Source of the DNA: a virus
Lineage: Duplodnaviria > Caudoviricetes
DNA: 58,928 bases
Strand: one strand, 5' to 3'
Virus record (IMG/VR): IMGVR_UViG_3300036945_000677
Coordinates: 1 to 58,928 of that record
Both the position numbers and the translations under genes were made by a program. The notes under the pieces were generated by a model. That model was not told where the DNA came from, searched no databases, and saw nothing but the letters and a program-made list of their open reading frames with translations. This document shows positions 56,120-58,928 of the stretch, piece after piece (the stretch's first letter is position 1; every line of letters begins with the position of its first letter).

Positions 56120-57979
56120 GTGGAAACAGAAAAAAGTAAAGTACAAAAATTTAAAGACTGGTTTGGTCGTAAATCAAGCGACTCATTCACCTTCCGGAAT
56201 GATGAAAACAAAATGGTCAATTGGGAAAGTGGATATGAAAACTATTCAGATTTCTTATTAGGAAGTGCAAATACACCTGCTGAATCAGCAAACTTGCTAT
56301 ACAGCATGTTCAAGATGATGGGTGTTAATAAAAAAACAAAGCTTAGTAACAAACTAGATCCAGGAACTGGAACCATCATGCTTCCAACTGATTTGTTAGA
56401 TGACAAAAAACATGGTGAACTACCTAAAGGTGTTCGTTCAGATGCATTTTTAGGAGGTGCTATCCGTAATGCTGCTATCAGCGCATTCGAGTCAGAACGT
56501 AATGCTAACGCTATTCAAAGTGTAAGATATGAAGTTGCGCGTGAGGACTCAAAAAGTTCTGATCCCACTACTAAGATAACAGGATTGTTTCAAACTGTTC
56601 TTCATGACGAGCGTACTGACCGCAAAGTTGCTGAGAAGTTTCCAGGTTATTCCCGTTTTATCTCCAAATACAAGGAGTACAAGTTTAATAACTCTTACGA
56701 AAAACAGGAGTTCGAAAACGATTACCAGGAGTTTATGGATCTTGTATTACGCATGATTCAGTTCCCAGGTTCTGTCGAAGACGAATTGGTTGACAAGTAC
56801 GCTTCTCATATCAATGACGTAAGGGATATTATGGACACCTATGGTGGTATTCCTGATACTTTCAAAGACACTGAATTGTTGGGTTCCCGACTTGCACAGT
56901 ATGTTTTGAACATGGTTCCTCCAAGTCCACCACCACCACCTGATGGCGGCGGAGGTGAAGGTGAAGGTGAAGGTGACGGTTCTGGTACTCCTCCTCCAGG
57001 TGGTGCTCCTCCGATGACAGCTGAAGAAAAAGCAGAAAGTCTTGTCAAAGCTGCAAAAGAGTATGCAGAATCCATGCTTACCGAAAAAGACGGTTCCAGT
57101 AAAGATGAAATGATGGATGCTGTTGACCAGGTGATTGAAGATGCAGGTGCTGGTCAGGAAGAAGGTGCTTCTGACAAGAAAACATACTTTAAAGTAGTTG
57201 AAGACGACAAGCATGCATACATGACCGCTCGTGACAGTGTAGACCGTGCTAAAGCAAACACCGTGGCAAACTTACTCAAACGTAAAGCTAGAGATTTCAA
57301 GTTCTCTATTAAGGGTATGCGCTCCGGGAGGTTAGACACCAATAAATTAGTAGAAGCTCGCCAACATGTTCCTACTGTGTATGAACGTATGGGTGAAGTA
57401 AAAACTGATAAACTTGCTGTTTGCATCTTAATTGACGAATCCGGTTCAATGAGTGGTAGTAAAATTGACAAAGCAAGACAAGCTGCAATCTTCTTAAACG
57501 AAGCTTTTGGTAGTCAACCTGACGTTGAACTTTACATCTACGGTCACACTGCTGATCACAATCACTCTGAATCTACTGAAATCATGGTTTATCGTGAACC
57601 TGGTGTGCGTAATAAGTACAACCTGGGTAATGTAAGAGCAAGATCTAACAATCGTGACGGTCATGCAATCTTTCAAGTCGGTAAACGTGTTCGAAAGTTC
57701 AGCAAAAATCCTGTTGTTATGATTGTGATTTCTGACGGTCAACCTGCTGCAAGCGACTACGGTGGAACGCAAGGTATGGAACACACCCGTAAAATGGTTC
57801 TTAAAACTGAAGGACTTGGTATGCAAGTAATTCAGGTAGCAATTGACTCTGTATCATCAGAGAAGATGTTTAAGAACTATATTAAAATGACAAAAATGTC
57901 AACGTTCCCTAACGATTTGGTAAACTTCCTTCGGGTAAGAGTTAACAAGAACATTAAGGAACATGTAACAGTGTCTTAA
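56120..57979 (+). CDS. vWA (MIDAS) domain protein, CobT/NorD-like partner of the AAA+ ATPase
   Basis: SGRLD, ILIDESGSM and VISDGQP motifs; Pro/Gly/Glu linker. Confidence 0.85.
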   Translation: METEKSKVQKFKDWFGRKSSDSFTFRNDENKMVNWESGYENYSDFLLGSANTPAESANLLYSMFKMMGVNKKTKLSNKLDPGTGTIMLPTDLLDDKKHGELPKGVRSDAFLGGAIRNAAISAFESERNANAIQSVRYEVAREDSKSSDPTTKITGLFQTVLHDERTDRKVAEKFPGYSRFISKYKEYKFNNSYEKQEFENDYQEFMDLVLRMIQFPGSVEDELVDKYASHINDVRDIMDTYGGIPDTFKDTELLGSRLAQYVLNMVPPSPPPPPDGGGGEGEGEGDGSGTPPPGGAPPMTAEEKAESLVKAAKEYAESMLTEKDGSSKDEMMDAVDQVIEDAGAGQEEGASDKKTYFKVVEDDKHAYMTARDSVDRAKANTVANLLKRKARDFKFSIKGMRSGRLDTNKLVEARQHVPTVYERMGEVKTDKLAVCILIDESGSMSGSKIDKARQAAIFLNEAFGSQPDVELYIYGHTADHNHSESTEIMVYREPGVRNKYNLGNVRARSNNRDGHAIFQVGKRVRKFSKNPVVMIVISDGQPAASDYGGTQGMEHTRKMVLKTEGLGMQVIQVAIDSVSSEKMFKNYIKMTKMSTFPNDLVNFLRVRVNKNIKEHVTVS

Positions 57980-57986
57980 AACCGGT

Positions 57987-58012
57987 ACCCCAGCGGATAA
58001 TCTGGGGTTTTT
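57987..58012 (+). terminator. Intrinsic terminator
   Basis: ACCCCAG/CTGGGGT followed by TTTT. Confidence 0.65.
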
Positions 58013-58018
58013 AAAATT

Positions 58019-58522
58019 ATGGTAAAACGTATAACAACAATAGATCAAAATCTTCAGATAAGTACCAGGTGGGACCTGCGTAAACTATTTGTCATTTCAG
58101 TACTACTAAACGTGGTATTGATTGCTGTAGTTTCTTTCAGAGAAATCAAAGTACTACATCATCACACTAATCAGCAAGTTATTGTTGAACGCCTCGTTGA
58201 TGATATCCCATTAACTGATTCTGCTATTTTAGGTGAACTGGTAAAATTGCATTGTGTTCTTCCTGCTGTTGCTTTAGCACAAATGAAACTGGAAACAGGT
58301 CATTTTAAAAGTAACATCTGTAAAGAAAACAAAAACATTGCAGGCATTAAAACAAGTCGCTCAGAGTATGTACTAGGTATGAAGAACGATCATTGCGTTT
58401 ATTCAAGCTATCGTGACTGCCTTAGAGATTACATCCGTATTCAAAACAGATACCTCAAAAACATTGACGGTAAATATGCTGAATCTGGAGACTACATTAA
58501 ACTTTTAAAACAAATAAAGTGA
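58019..58522 (+). CDS. Membrane-anchored glucosaminidase-like (GH73) peptidoglycan hydrolase
   Basis: ALAQMKLETG...KNIAGIK...KYAE motifs; N-terminal TM segment. Confidence 0.7.
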   Translation: MVKRITTIDQNLQISTRWDLRKLFVISVLLNVVLIAVVSFREIKVLHHHTNQQVIVERLVDDIPLTDSAILGELVKLHCVLPAVALAQMKLETGHFKSNICKENKNIAGIKTSRSEYVLGMKNDHCVYSSYRDCLRDYIRIQNRYLKNIDGKYAESGDYIKLLKQIK

Positions 58523-58928
58523 CCAGCGACAAAACAAAAATGCTTGTTGACTTCAAAGAGTCATTACTCAAGTCAATTACTCGGTTAATCACTGAAGATG
58601 GCAGTTTATCACCTATGGGTGCATTATTACTTCATGACAAAAACTCCGATGAAAAAGAAATAACGTTTATTCCTATTCCAGGAGATATAGTAAACAGTAA
58701 CGAACACAAGGAACATCTTGCAAAAGTCCTTTTCCCGGATATATTCAAAACCGTGGAAACAGAATACAATAAAGAGATCCTTATGTTCTCGTTCAGTTCT
58801 GAAATCTGGATCCGTGAAGGTCAGGGTGAACCTATGATACCTGTCAACTACCAGGATTTACCTAAAAAAGAGGGAATCATGTTGCAGATTGAAACTGAAG
58901 AGGGGTCAGAAATGATCATCAAACAGGT
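58519..58928 (+). CDS. Hypothetical protein, partial (runs off the right edge)
   Basis: GTG overlapping the upstream TGA (or ATG 58540); frame open to the window end. Confidence 0.55.
   Translation, partial: MTSDKTKMLVDFKESLLKSITRLITEDGSLSPMGALLLHDKNSDEKEITFIPIPGDIVNSNEHKEHLAKVLFPDIFKTVETEYNKEILMFSFSSEIWIREGQGEPMIPVNYQDLPKKEGIMLQIETEEGSEMIIKQ

Noticed and set aside
1-58928. Stop-codon reassignment (TAG or TGA) as in some crAss lineages
   Set aside because: Terminase, portal, MCP and muzzle are full length in code 11. The only split gene is explained by an intron.

Overview
This window is about 59 kb of a Crassvirales-like (crAss-like) dsDNA phage genome, probably infecting a Bacteroidota host (inferred from gene order, A/C-rich SD-less leaders and the tmRNA tag style). 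It uses the standard genetic code, with stops mostly TAA. Positions 1-39.7 kb (minus strand) are the virion module: cargo/ejection-type proteins, muzzle/tail-stabilisation, ring proteins, a Cys-rich/FN3 tail cluster, auxiliary capsid, major capsid, scaffold, portal, terminase, PD-(D/E)XK nuclease, tRNA-Gln, tRNA-Met, GroES-like protein and a complete tmRNA with a 24-aa tag. Positions 39.8-58.9 kb (plus strand) hold a small metabolic operon (PRTase-like, acyl-CoA thioesterase, dCMP deaminase), a gene-poor hairpin/palindrome-rich zone, many small putative early genes interspersed with aberrant tRNA-like RNAs, an iteron-like locus, a MoxR-type AAA+ gene split by a group I intron carrying a GIY-YIG endonuclease, its vWA partner and a GH73-like hydrolase. 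The most intriguing signals are: (i) five non-canonical tRNA mimics next to a nucleotidyltransferase, (ii) about 17 copies of a hydrophobic-x-x-[GA]-G motif delimiting modules in the cargo proteins, (iii) the long-tag tmRNA, (iv) a shared late-promoter motif and cGAAg template hairpins, and (v) the intron whose guide sequence overlaps the endonuclease stop codon. All protein assignments are by eye from motifs and synteny; no searches were run.
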